Shown in pieces: positions 1-7,226 of a stretch of 25,461 nt of DNA. A program made the position numbers and the translations under genes. Below the pieces are notes generated by a model. The model was not told where the DNA came from. It saw only the letters and a list, made by a program, of their open reading frames with translations, and searched no databases. Position 1 is the first letter of the stretch. Each line of letters opens with the position of its first letter. Source of the stretch: a virus (lineage: Duplodnaviria > Caudoviricetes); IMG/VR virus record IMGVR_UViG_3300034117_000234, positions 1 to 25,461 of that record; one strand, given 5' to 3'.

Positions 1-260
1 CCTTTTACTTCTCCAAACTGCTTTAGGAGAGTGCTCTTTCCCGTTCCACTAGCGCCCACGATTACGCCAAGACCAAAGGTTCTAGGTAGCGGCGGAAGTT
101 TATACGGGGTGAAACTTGTAGTCCCGTCTGTTTCGTAGTCGAAGTTCTTTATAGCTTCTAGGGCCAGATCCGTAACTACGACCTTAGAAGTTAGGGGTTC
201 TGATTCTTTATCTAGGGTTAGCCAAGAATCGGGGATAGTAAGTTCTTCGGTATTAGACAT
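1..260 (-). CDS. ABC-type P-loop ATPase, N-terminal part (runs off the window edge; not in ORF track)
   Basis: Manual translation from ATG at 260: MSNTEELTIPDSW...RTFGLGVIVGASGTGKSTLLKQFGEVK. Walker A GASGTGKS follows a hydrophobic strand. Start overlaps the stop of the upstream gene. Confidence 0.75.
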   Translation of the reverse strand, partial: MSNTEELTIPDSWLTLDKESEPLTSKVVVTDLALEAIKNFDYETDGTTSFTPYKLPPLPRTFGLGVIVGASGTGKSTLLKQFGEVK

Positions 261-456
261 TCTTAGTTCCCTTCAGAATGGCGATAATCGCGTTTATGTT
301 GGCGGTCTGAGATAGGTTCTTCTCTTGCGCCTGTTTACGAAGGTGAGTTAGGAGCTCGAACATTCGTTGCCGCTCTTCCCTACGTCCGTCGATAAGCCCA
401 GCGTCGTAGGCGGCTTCTTCCCCTTCGGTTGCTAGCCGATCGTTAGGGTTAGGCAT
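253..456 (-). CDS. Hypothetical protein (67 aa, MPNPND...)
   Basis: ORF 253..609 trimmed to ATG at 456, which overlaps the upstream stop (ATGCCTAA coupling). Contains GRREERQRMFELL. Confidence 0.7.
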   Translation of the reverse strand: MPNPNDRLATEGEEAAYDAGLIDGRREERQRMFELLTHLRKQAQEKNLSQTANINAIIAILKGTKNV

Positions 457-838
457 TAGAACCGCCCTGTAGTTCCGTAATGGTCTGCCTAATCTCGTAG
501 CACTTGCCAGAGTGATTGCCACAACGTCCGTCTGAGTCCGCGAGCGCGTCAAAACAAATCTGTCGCTCAAACTTGGTAAGAATCCTATTCCGTTCCGCTT
601 TAGCCCCAAAGTAGAGTTCTGCCGAGCGGACTGTTCCCGCTAAGTCGGCGGTTTCTGAGATAAGGGTCATTAGGTTAAACAGTTCCGTTGGATAGTTGAA
701 TCCACTCGGCTTCTGCCAATTGTCTTTTACAGTTGCGATAAGCGAAATAATTCTTTGGCGCTCCAACTGCCGCCCCGTCGATACTGCGTCCATAATGGCC
801 GTCGATAGTTCTTCCTGCTCAAGCTCTAGTTTCGTCAT
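449..838 (-). CDS. Hypothetical protein with two ERxRI motifs and a C-terminal Cys/His cluster
   Basis: ORF track 449..844; start at 838 or 844; tightly packed with neighbours. Confidence 0.7.
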   Translation of the reverse strand: MTKLELEQEELSTAIMDAVSTGRQLERQRIISLIATVKDNWQKPSGFNYPTELFNLMTLISETADLAGTVRSAELYFGAKAERNRILTKFERQICFDALADSDGRCGNHSGKCYEIRQTITELQGGSNA

Positions 839-992
839 TCTCATACTTTCTAATAAGATCGGTGATTTGTTTAGTCGGCTTAGGAATCGCCTTTAGTTCG
901 GTTAGGATTTCCCGCCGCGCTTCTAACTTCGCGGTCTTACGGGCCAGATCGAGCATACGCTTCATCTCGTCATAGATAGGGGTTTCACTCAA
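819..992 (-). CDS. Hypothetical protein (57 aa, TTG start; not in ORF track)
   Basis: Manual translation MSETPIYDEMKRMLDLARKTAKLEARREILTELKAIPKPTKQITDLIRKYENDETRA; fills the gap between neighbours with short overlaps. Confidence 0.6.
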   Translation of the reverse strand: MSETPIYDEMKRMLDLARKTAKLEARREILTELKAIPKPTKQITDLIRKYENDETRA

Positions 993-1170
993 TTAGCCCA
1001 CCATAAACCCTTTGTAAGTGTGCGATTACTTCTCGGCGGGCGGCGTTAGCGACGGCTAGGATTTCGGGGTCTTGCTCCGAGTAGGATTCTTCCTTTGCGT
1101 CGGCGAACCGAGTTGCTTCTACCAGAACTTCATTTACTAGTTCGATAGTGTCTTTTAGGCGGTCGCTCAT
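985..1170 (-). CDS. Hypothetical protein
   Basis: ORF track; ATGA overlap with the upstream gene. Confidence 0.65.
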   Translation of the reverse strand: MSDRLKDTIELVNEVLVEATRFADAKEESYSEQDPEILAVANAARREVIAHLQRVYGGLIE

Positions 1171-1490
1171 AGGTTGCCACTCCAGACCATAGGGCTTCGT
1201 TCGCTGGCAAGACTACGGATTTCGAAGAGCCCGTCTAGGTCTGCTTCGTTCTTCATAATCTTTCGAGCGTATAAAGCGGTGAAATTATTGTTTAGTTTGT
1301 AGCCGTCTGACTCGGTGAGCCCTGCGACGTGCCATTCCCAGCGAAGCTTCTCGAAGAGAGTTTTGATTCCTAGTTTCGCTCTTCCCGCCGCTGTCCATTG
1401 GCGGGCTAGGCGGACTAACTGTTTGTAGACTTCTGGGTTCTGCGTATCGAACTCGATAAAAGCCTGTTCGATCTTGTTAAAACTTTCCAT
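1167..1490 (-). CDS. Conserved phage hypothetical protein (NPxVY...LRW...KLNNN...YAR type)
   Basis: ORF track; motif pattern recalled from many phage hypothetical proteins; TAATG coupling. Confidence 0.75.
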   Translation of the reverse strand: MESFNKIEQAFIEFDTQNPEVYKQLVRLARQWTAAGRAKLGIKTLFEKLRWEWHVAGLTESDGYKLNNNFTALYARKIMKNEADLDGLFEIRSLASERSPMVWSGNL

Positions 1491-1651
1491 TACTTCTTAC
1501 TCTCCTTTACTGCTCGAATTACGAAATAGGTAAATACGCTGAAGAAAGTTAGGGCGATAAACCAATTGGATTCTTTGGCCAGTTCATTACTGACCCACTC
1601 AATAGCGACGATCCCAGCGACTATGCCAAGAACGATTAGAAGTTCTTTCAC
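1490..1651 (-). CDS. Small two-TM membrane protein
   Basis: ORF trimmed to GTG at 1651 (GTGA overlap); two hydrophobic segments. Confidence 0.65.
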   Translation of the reverse strand: MKELLIVLGIVAGIVAIEWVSNELAKESNWFIALTFFSVFTYFVIRAVKESKK

Positions 1652-1896
1652 GCTTCGCACCCTTCTTCGCCGCAGTTCGAGTCGCAAGAGCAGTCTTCTT
1701 CGTCGTCTTCGCTATAAGCTTCGACATTCTGGAGAAGAGACAGGAGCTCTAGAATCTTTGGCAGTTCTGGGTTTGTATCGAAGAAGCGCCCGATTCGGTT
1801 AGCGGCAAAAGCGATTCCGTCTTGGAACGCTTCGTTTTGTGCTTGCTTAAGTCCGCCGAAAGTTATTGTTAGTTCGTCGTCTGCTTTGTAAGGCAT
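1648..1896 (-). CDS. Hypothetical protein with acidic, Cys-rich C-terminus
   Basis: ORF track; TAATG coupling. Confidence 0.65.
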   Translation of the reverse strand: MPYKADDELTITFGGLKQAQNEAFQDGIAFAANRIGRFFDTNPELPKILELLSLLQNVEAYSEDDEEDCSCDSNCGEEGCEA

Positions 1897-2108
1897 TAGT
1901 TCGCTCCCTGTAGTTCGTCTAGGTCTGCGATTACGCGCTCGGTAAGGATTTCCTGAATAACTTCAATCCAGTCTTGCGCGTGTTGCCCTACGACCAAATC
2001 TTTCTCGACGTAGGCACGATCGTAAGACTTCTTGAAAGCGTCTAGTAGCGCGGTTAGTTCTTCGGTGCTCTTGGCGTTTGCTAGGAGTCTAATTAGTTGG
2101 ATACTCAT
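1896..2108 (-). CDS. Hypothetical protein (MSIQLIRLL...)
   Basis: ORF 1896..2282 trimmed to ATG at 2108 (TAATG coupling). Confidence 0.65.
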   Translation of the reverse strand: MSIQLIRLLANAKSTEELTALLDAFKKSYDRAYVEKDLVVGQHAQDWIEVIQEILTERVIADLDELQGAN

Positions 2109-2434
2109 TATGCGTTTGCTCCTAGCTCTTCGCCCGAAAGAATTGCGATAACGAAATCTTCTACGTCGTCTAGGTCCGCGAGTGTCCAAGTGTCGATCTC
2201 TACGTCGCCACCAGTAGTTTCGCCCTTCTCCCAAGCAGTCGCTTCCCAAGTTCCGTAGTAAGTGAACTTGATTCGAAGCCACCTTTTACCAAAGAGTGGG
2301 TCTAGGTCAAGCGAAGATCCAATTTGCTCTCCGCTTTTCGGCTCGGTTTTGTAAATCTTGACTGGGGCATACTTGCCGCTAACTTCAGTCGCTACTGTAA
2401 AGACGTTTTCTACGTTCATTACTGGATTAGTCAT
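2108..2434 (-). CDS. Hypothetical protein, first gene of a small-gene operon (alternative leaderless GTG start at 2473)
   Basis: ATG at 2434 preceded by AGGGAAAGAAG; promoter directly upstream. Confidence 0.7.
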   Translation of the reverse strand: MTNPVMNVENVFTVATEVSGKYAPVKIYKTEPKSGEQIGSSLDLDPLFGKRWLRIKFTYYGTWEATAWEKGETTGGDVEIDTWTLADLDDVEDFVIAILSGEELGANA

Positions 2435-2479
2435 TTTTCTTCTTTCCCTAGTTGTCTGTAGCCAGTTGGCCACTCTTAG

Positions 2480-2488
2480 AGAGTATCA
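2480..2488 (-). promoter_or_regulatory. Extended -10 promoter (TGA-TACTCT), predicted +1 at 2473
   Basis: TGnTAnnnT match in an intergenic region with the same 6-nt spacing seen at other promoters in the window. Confidence 0.6.
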
Positions 2489-2554
2489 AAGTTTCGACTA
2501 AATAGGGGACATTTCTACAAGTTTTTTAGTTCGTTATCATTCCGTTACAAACGC

Positions 2555-2989
2555 CTAAACCCTTGATAAATAGACCCTAGCGCCCGCAACTGGGTAGGTT
2601 TCGGGGGTAGGGCCCGTCCATAACTTGCGAGCGTCGATCTCGACAATAAGGGAATCGTCTAATAAAACGCCCGCCTGAGTCAGAGAATCGCCGACTGCCC
2701 GGACTAGGTGGTCCAGGTCAGGCTTCCCAGCGGGATAGTCCACATACTTTGACTTAGCGGGCCGCTCGATAAAGAAATCGACTTCAAGCTTTACGGGCTC
2801 ACTAAAAGGCGTAACGTCCATAGACTCATTCAGCGCAAGTTTCGCCGCCAACATAACCGCCGATCTCCACTCAGGAAGATACTTCGACGATTCGACCATA
2901 ACGGCCCTACCACCACGAACGTAAGCGGTCTTGCTACCCTGCGGCGCAGGTCGCCCTTCGACCAAGAAAGAAAACTCAGTCCTAGACAA
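2555..2989 (-). CDS. rusA: RusA-like Holliday junction resolvase
   Basis: VEGRPAPQGSK N-terminus, KPDLDHLVRAVGDSL and DDSLIV motifs typical of RusA. Confidence 0.9.
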   Translation of the reverse strand: MSRTEFSFLVEGRPAPQGSKTAYVRGGRAVMVESSKYLPEWRSAVMLAAKLALNESMDVTPFSEPVKLEVDFFIERPAKSKYVDYPAGKPDLDHLVRAVGDSLTQAGVLLDDSLIVEIDARKLWTGPTPETYPVAGARVYLSRV

Positions 2990-2991
2990 AA

Positions 2992-3354
2992 CTAGAACGG
3001 CATATCGTCGGCTACGGCAGTCCAGTCCGACGGAACTTTGTTATTAGAAACATTTACGCCGACGGGTTCGAACGTAGTTCCGTTTATCGAAACCTTTACC
3101 GAGCGACCAGGTTTACCTTCACGATCGAGCTTTATCGAGCCGTCCACGTTCTTCCAATCTTCGATAACCGCCGAGTGAATCCCACTAAAGACACCTTCAG
3201 CGCCCACGTCAAAACGAACAGGCTTCTCAAACCAAGCCGTATAAGTTCTCTGCGCCGACTCACCATTCTTAGTAGTGAAATACTCCGTAACAGTAACCGC
3301 CTTGCCGTCCCAGAAAATCTTCGTAGCAAAACCCTTAACACTGATAGTCGCCAT
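2992..3354 (-). CDS. ssb: Single-stranded DNA-binding protein (OB fold)
   Basis: Beta-rich 120 aa protein with acidic C-terminal DDMPF tail; next to rusA; GGAAGGGG RBS. Confidence 0.75.
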   Translation of the reverse strand: MATISVKGFATKIFWDGKAVTVTEYFTTKNGESAQRTYTAWFEKPVRFDVGAEGVFSGIHSAVIEDWKNVDGSIKLDREGKPGRSVKVSINGTTFEPVGVNVSNNKVPSDWTAVADDMPF

Positions 3355-3392
3355 TTAGCAACCCCTTCCAATAGATACCACAAGCCTAGCGG

Positions 3393-3659
3393 CTACGGCC
3401 GACAATGTTCAACTTCCACGCAATCCTTATGACCGCAAATTCTCAGCCCGATCATAAACAGCTCGCCGTCCACAATCGGATTGTCGTCCCCGTCAAACTC
3501 CCCACCCCAAGGCTTACAAGGCTTACCAAAACCATAACTAATAGTCTTCGCTGGACGCATACGGCAACTAAAGCACAAGCCGTCTTTACGCTCCCGCTTA
3601 TCCAAGGCCACGAAACTCACCTGCCCGCACCTAACGCAAACTATCTTCTTATCGTCCAC
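3393..3659 (-). CDS. Small Cys/His-rich putative zinc-binding protein
   Basis: CVRC, CFSC, CKPW and CGHKDCVEVEH motifs; leaderless GTG start. Confidence 0.75.
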   Translation of the reverse strand: MDDKKIVCVRCGQVSFVALDKRERKDGLCFSCRMRPAKTISYGFGKPCKPWGGEFDGDDNPIVDGELFMIGLRICGHKDCVEVEHCRP

Positions 3660-3665
3660 CCTAAA

Positions 3666-3674
3666 ACCCTAGCA
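3666..3674 (-). promoter_or_regulatory. Extended -10 promoter (TGC-TAGGGT) for a leaderless transcript starting at GTG 3659
   Basis: TGnTAnnnT, then 6 nt, then the start codon. Confidence 0.65.
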
Positions 3675-3699
3675 GTTCTAATAAACGCTTATGGGTTCT

Positions 3700-4070
3700 C
3701 GAAGGGAGAGAGAAGGGCTTAGTTACGCGCCAACTCTCAAACGCCAAGGGACTCTTGGGTTTCGGTCGGGGTCGAGTCTTACGATATCGACTATCTACGC
3801 CATATGCGATAACGGGCTTCTTCGGTTACTAGGTAGATACGGGTTAGTAACGCCGCTATTGCTCTGCCGATCTCTCTTCGGCTTTTGCTCGGCCAAGGCT
3901 ACATTTCTGCGCCGAGCATACTAAACAGTCTGGCTCTAACCCACTGAAACCGCGACTATGAATCGACGGGAAATTGACTTTAGTTCGGGTTAACGAGTTG
4001 GCACTCTCCGAACACTTGGCCGAAGCCAAGATTTTACCCGAATAGTTCGGGCCTGTTGCTATTCAGTTAT
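3700..4070 (-). ncRNA. Candidate large structured non-coding RNA (boundaries approximate)
   Basis: ORF-free on the minus strand; about 9 hairpins including C(UUCG)G, GAAA and GUAA tetraloops; two pseudoknot pairings; G-U wobbles work only on the minus strand. Confidence 0.65.
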
Positions 4071-4093
4071 AGGAATCTTTCGCTTTCTTGCTC

Positions 4094-4924
4094 TTAGGTT
4101 AGTCCGTCATAATAAGGCGGAACTTCGTTCTTAGTTCTCTCAAACCTAGGCTTTCCCCACCGCTCAAACCAAAACTTTATTACTTCATCTCTTTTAGCGG
4201 GATCGTTAGCCACGTGATAGTAGATACCCCTTTTCTTTCCGTGAACCAAGGTCCGAGATTTATCTCCGCTTGCTTTACGATAAGCACTTATTCTACGCAT
4301 ACGCGGATTACTACCAGAACCAAACTTAGACGAAGGCACTTCAAAATTATTCGCTCGAAGCCAGTTCATCATTTCTAAATACTCGGAATCTGAAATATGT
4401 TCGTGCCCGAAACCTTTTGTATACCCTAAAAACTTATAGACCCGATTATACTGACTGCCTTTGCCGTAAAGACTTGTGGTAGTTATACCGATAAGGTCGT
4501 CCCCGTATTGCTCTTTCCAGAAGTCGCCAAAGGTCGTCGCTAGAAGGGCAACTAGTTTGCCGCCGTTCCAGTGCCAACCGAACGGCTGATTGGCAACGCA
4601 GACACTTAGGTCGGCATAGTTCCTAAGTGCTTTACCGCGCTCCGAAGGGTCTTTCGGTAGCCCTAGAGCAGAATCTCTATCGCTCATATTTATTACAGGC
4701 GAAGCAAGAAAAGCCAAACCCAAGATTAGGTTGTCGTATTCAATAAGAAAACCTAACTTCCTTCCAGGCGCTGGTCTCCATACTGCCTTCGACATTTGGG
4801 GTTGTAGTTTTGCTAATTCCCCTGCGGTAACTTTTCTAACAGTTATGCGCGTCCAATCTAGATCGGTAACCATACAGTTATTTACAATTGCTACGTCGTC
4901 GAATAGTTGCTCTAATGCGGACAT
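4094..4924 (-). CDS. DUF4338 / Druantia DruA-like protein (putative GNAT/Mom-like fold)
   Basis: Motifs PGRKLGF, LASP...RD, QPFG...GGKLVALL, TTTSLYG..SQYNR and GYTKG recalled as typical of this family. Confidence 0.75.
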   Translation of the reverse strand: MSALEQLFDDVAIVNNCMVTDLDWTRITVRKVTAGELAKLQPQMSKAVWRPAPGRKLGFLIEYDNLILGLAFLASPVINMSDRDSALGLPKDPSERGKALRNYADLSVCVANQPFGWHWNGGKLVALLATTFGDFWKEQYGDDLIGITTTSLYGKGSQYNRVYKFLGYTKGFGHEHISDSEYLEMMNWLRANNFEVPSSKFGSGSNPRMRRISAYRKASGDKSRTLVHGKKRGIYYHVANDPAKRDEVIKFWFERWGKPRFERTKNEVPPYYDGLT

Positions 4925-4954
4925 TTCCCCTTCTCTTTTCGCTCTAATTTATTT

Positions 4955-5287
4955 TTATGATCTTGATAAGTAAGTAACTCGGTTGTAGTAATTATCTGCT
5001 AAGAACCAGCGCCCAGTCTTGAGATCGTAATAAGGCGACTGTTCTACATTATGCGAAGCCGACAATTTCCAACCATAAGACCGCGCTATCTCGGCCCACT
5101 CTGCCGACGACTCGATAAGCCCGTTTAGATTCGCACAAAGAACCACAACATTAGACGGGACTTCGCGCTCGCGGCTACCACCCATTCCACGATTAGCCCT
5201 ATGATTTGGGACTGCGGTTTCGGTATCTCCACAATGGACGCACCCGCCGTCGCGGTCGAGATACTTTTGAAACTCTTTCTTAGTCAT
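4955..5287 (-). CDS. HNH endonuclease-like protein
   Basis: RD..CVHCG, NHRANRGMGGS and NVVVLCANLN motifs; the second CxxC is degenerate. Confidence 0.75.
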   Translation of the reverse strand: MTKKEFQKYLDRDGGCVHCGDTETAVPNHRANRGMGGSREREVPSNVVVLCANLNGLIESSAEWAEIARSYGWKLSASHNVEQSPYYDLKTGRWFLADNYYNRVTYLSRS

Positions 5288-5621
5288 TCTCGCCTAATAG
5301 GTAGGCGGCTAGTTCTGGGTTGTCGCGCAACATAAGGACGACGGGCTCTTCATACAGGCCGATAAAGTAATGTTCCCAGTCGTCGTAATCGGTATTCTTG
5401 CTCGGCTGGAAAGATCCGCCGAACGTAACCCTTATAGCGTGAAGTAGCTCGTGGAAGAGCGTAACTCTTTTCATAGACGGGGCTTGCTCGAAATCGAGAA
5501 CGATTGAGTTATTGCCCGTCGAAGTGAACCCGAAGTGATTATTGCTAACCGAGTGTTTGCGCTTCTGCTCGATAATCTCCCAGACTTGAGTTCCGATCTT
5601 CACCGATTTAGGAATAGGCAT
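5280..5621 (-). CDS. Phage HExxH metallopeptidase-like protein
   Basis: TLFHELLHAI plus downstream EE. Confidence 0.75.
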   Translation of the reverse strand: MPIPKSVKIGTQVWEIIEQKRKHSVSNNHFGFTSTGNNSIVLDFEQAPSMKRVTLFHELLHAIRVTFGGSFQPSKNTDYDDWEHYFIGLYEEPVVLMLRDNPELAAYLLGEND

Positions 5622-5959
5622 TAGCGTAGGACTTTCAGTTCGGTTTCCAGTTGGCGGGCGATAGTCTGCGTAGACATTTGAGCTAATTCTAACTGCTTCA
5701 GTTTGAGCTTGATTCGGTTGAATTCGGCTTTAGCCAAATCCGCCGCTAAACGCGCTTCTGCGGCCTTTAGGCGACTAATGGCAGTTCGGTCCGCAACTGT
5801 TCCCTGCGACTCCATAAACGCCAACTGGAGCGTCCTATCGTAGTCATACTCGCAGTCTGCCAACTTACATTCAGCGTCGTAAAGAGCGGCCACGCCCTTA
5901 GCCGCTTCAGTTTGTATGCGGTAAAGTTCCGCTACTATTTGGGTCGGCGTAATGTCCAT
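5621..5959 (-). CDS. Coiled-coil hypothetical protein
   Basis: ORF track; helical composition; coupled to neighbours. Confidence 0.7.
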   Translation of the reverse strand: MDITPTQIVAELYRIQTEAAKGVAALYDAECKLADCEYDYDRTLQLAFMESQGTVADRTAISRLKAAEARLAADLAKAEFNRIKLKLKQLELAQMSTQTIARQLETELKVLR

Positions 5960-6107
5960 TATTTAGCCTTTCTGCTCGGTCGAAAATCGACCAGCGCAAC
6001 GCGTTAGCAAGATTAGGGTTATTAGTTGCGTAGAGTTCCGAGTGAAGTTCCTTGATCTCAACTAGCGCCGCTAGCAGAATCCGTCTGTCGGCTAAGGTCA
6101 TTTCCAT
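5907..6107 (-). CDS. Hypothetical protein
   Basis: ORF track; fills the gap between ERF and the next gene; start at 6107 or 6101. Confidence 0.55.
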   Translation of the reverse strand: MEMTLADRRILLAALVEIKELHSELYATNNPNLANALRWSIFDRAERLNNGHYADPNSSGTLPHTN

Positions 6108-6660
6108 AGGCTTTTACTTTCTCAAGAATCGCAGGGCTAGCTTTAGCCGCTTGCGCCGCCTTATACAGTTTACGGAGTCCTTCTAGATCGTAGACCAAAG
6201 CCAAAGCGTCGGCTTCCGCAACCCAGTCCCTAGCGGGCTTCGACGCTTCATAACTAAAAGAATCTGGGTCTGGCTCGTCCGTAGGTAGGCAAAGCAACTG
6301 GAGTAGAAACGTTCGCATAGCAACGCTCATAGCCTTAGCAGTGGCCTTATCGCCTGAATCGAAGGCTTCTGCCGCGACGATACCCGAAACAGGTTCGCCT
6401 TCATTCCCGTAGACCGAGAACTCGACTTCGACATAGGCGGCGTTCATCTGCGAGCCCTTAGCCGTAGTCAAACTTTCGTGCCTAACCGAGCGAACCAAAG
6501 GAACTATGAACCCGCCCGCTTTTCGCAACGCTGGACCTACCGCGTTCATAACCGCGTCGATACCACGAAAACTAAACCCTTGAGCTTGATTCCTGTCCTT
6601 CTTAGCCAAGCCCTGAACTTCGTTCATTACGGCTAGAACTACTTCTGCGCTACTCGCCAT
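6058..6660 (-). CDS. ERF-family single-strand annealing protein
   Basis: FSFRGIDAVMNAVGPALRK and EAFDSGDKATAKAMSVA...PTDEPDPD motifs of actinophage ERF proteins. Confidence 0.85.
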   Translation of the reverse strand: MASSAEVVLAVMNEVQGLAKKDRNQAQGFSFRGIDAVMNAVGPALRKAGGFIVPLVRSVRHESLTTAKGSQMNAAYVEVEFSVYGNEGEPVSGIVAAEAFDSGDKATAKAMSVAMRTFLLQLLCLPTDEPDPDSFSYEASKPARDWVAEADALALVYDLEGLRKLYKAAQAAKASPAILEKVKAYGNDLSRQTDSASGAS

Positions 6661-6856
6661 TCTTCTTACCCTTCTTAGATGTTGCGGTTATTTTGACCCG
6701 ATCTGAATAGAAGCGGGAAGATAACCCTTCGACTTCCACCCAATAAGCGTCTGGGTTGTCTGCGACATAGCCCGAAGCAACCACAATTCCGAAAACCCAC
6801 GTTTCTAGATGTTGCTCGCTCTTGATAACAATAAAGACCTGTTTCCCTAGTTTCAT
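6650..6856 (-). CDS. Small beta-rich hypothetical protein
   Basis: ORF track; operon packing. Confidence 0.6.
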   Translation of the reverse strand: MKLGKQVFIVIKSEQHLETWVFGIVVASGYVADNPDAYWVEVEGLSSRFYSDRVKITATSKKGKKNGE

Positions 6857-6858
6857 AG

Positions 6859-7029
6859 TTAGCCCAACTTCATAGAGTCGAGCCCAGCGGCCTTTGCCGA
6901 GACATAAGTAATAATCGCCACAGACCCTTCGGCGGTGCGAACCTTTATTTGCTTCTTAGTGTCTGTTTCGTGAATCTCAATAATTACGCCGACGACTCCG
7001 CCCGCAGTAATAGTCTGGCCCACTTCCAT
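6859..7029 (-). CDS. Small hypothetical protein (56 aa, possibly SH3/KOW-like; not in ORF track)
   Basis: Manual translation MEVGQTITAGGVVGVIIEIHETDTKKQIKVRTAEGSVAIITYVSAKAAGLDSMKLG; TAATG coupling and AAGGGG RBS. Confidence 0.65.
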   Translation of the reverse strand: MEVGQTITAGGVVGVIIEIHETDTKKQIKVRTAEGSVAIITYVSAKAAGLDSMKLG

Positions 7030-7226
7030 TATTTCCCCTTCGATACGAACTTGCCGAGCAACTGGAAGATTTCGTTGCTCTTCTTGGCAAGCGTTAGCAA
7101 AGACTTATCGGTCTTGAATAGTTGGAGAATTGCCCTATCGTGCTGAGCCAGCTTGATTACGACATAGATTAGAAGCGCGGCAGAGATAATCTGTAGAGCC
7201 CCTAGAACGATAACTGCGGTTTCCAT
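7029..7226 (-). CDS. Small membrane-anchored protein
   Basis: N-terminal hydrophobic helix. Confidence 0.65.
   Translation of the reverse strand: METAVIVLGALQIISAALLIYVVIKLAQHDRAILQLFKTDKSLLTLAKKSNEIFQLLGKFVSKGK

Noticed and set aside
3691-3924. + strand 77-aa ORF
   Set aside because: Opposite to the local gene direction, no RBS, no recognisable motif; better explained as the antisense of a structured element.
3700-4070. Large RNA as the missing mRNA-like half of the mini-tmRNA
   Set aside because: No convincing tag frame ending in a ...LAA-type stop (best is ...RVGA*) and no clear complementarity to the mini-tmRNA was seen.
3700-4070. Group I intron or hammerhead ribozyme
   Set aside because: Only weak AGAUAGUC and CAGACU resemblance; no P/Q elements, no interrupted gene and no CUGANGA core.
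4094-4924. Complete Druantia defence system
   Set aside because: No DruE helicase or other Dru genes are in the window.
4078-4943. TTTCGCT direct repeat flanking the DUF4338 gene as a target-site duplication
   Set aside because: Only 7 bp, with no transposase or terminal repeats; chance cannot be excluded.
6845-6873. One ORF ends in MKLG* and the next starts with MKLG
   Set aside because: Four residues with different codons; probably coincidence or a trivial old duplication.
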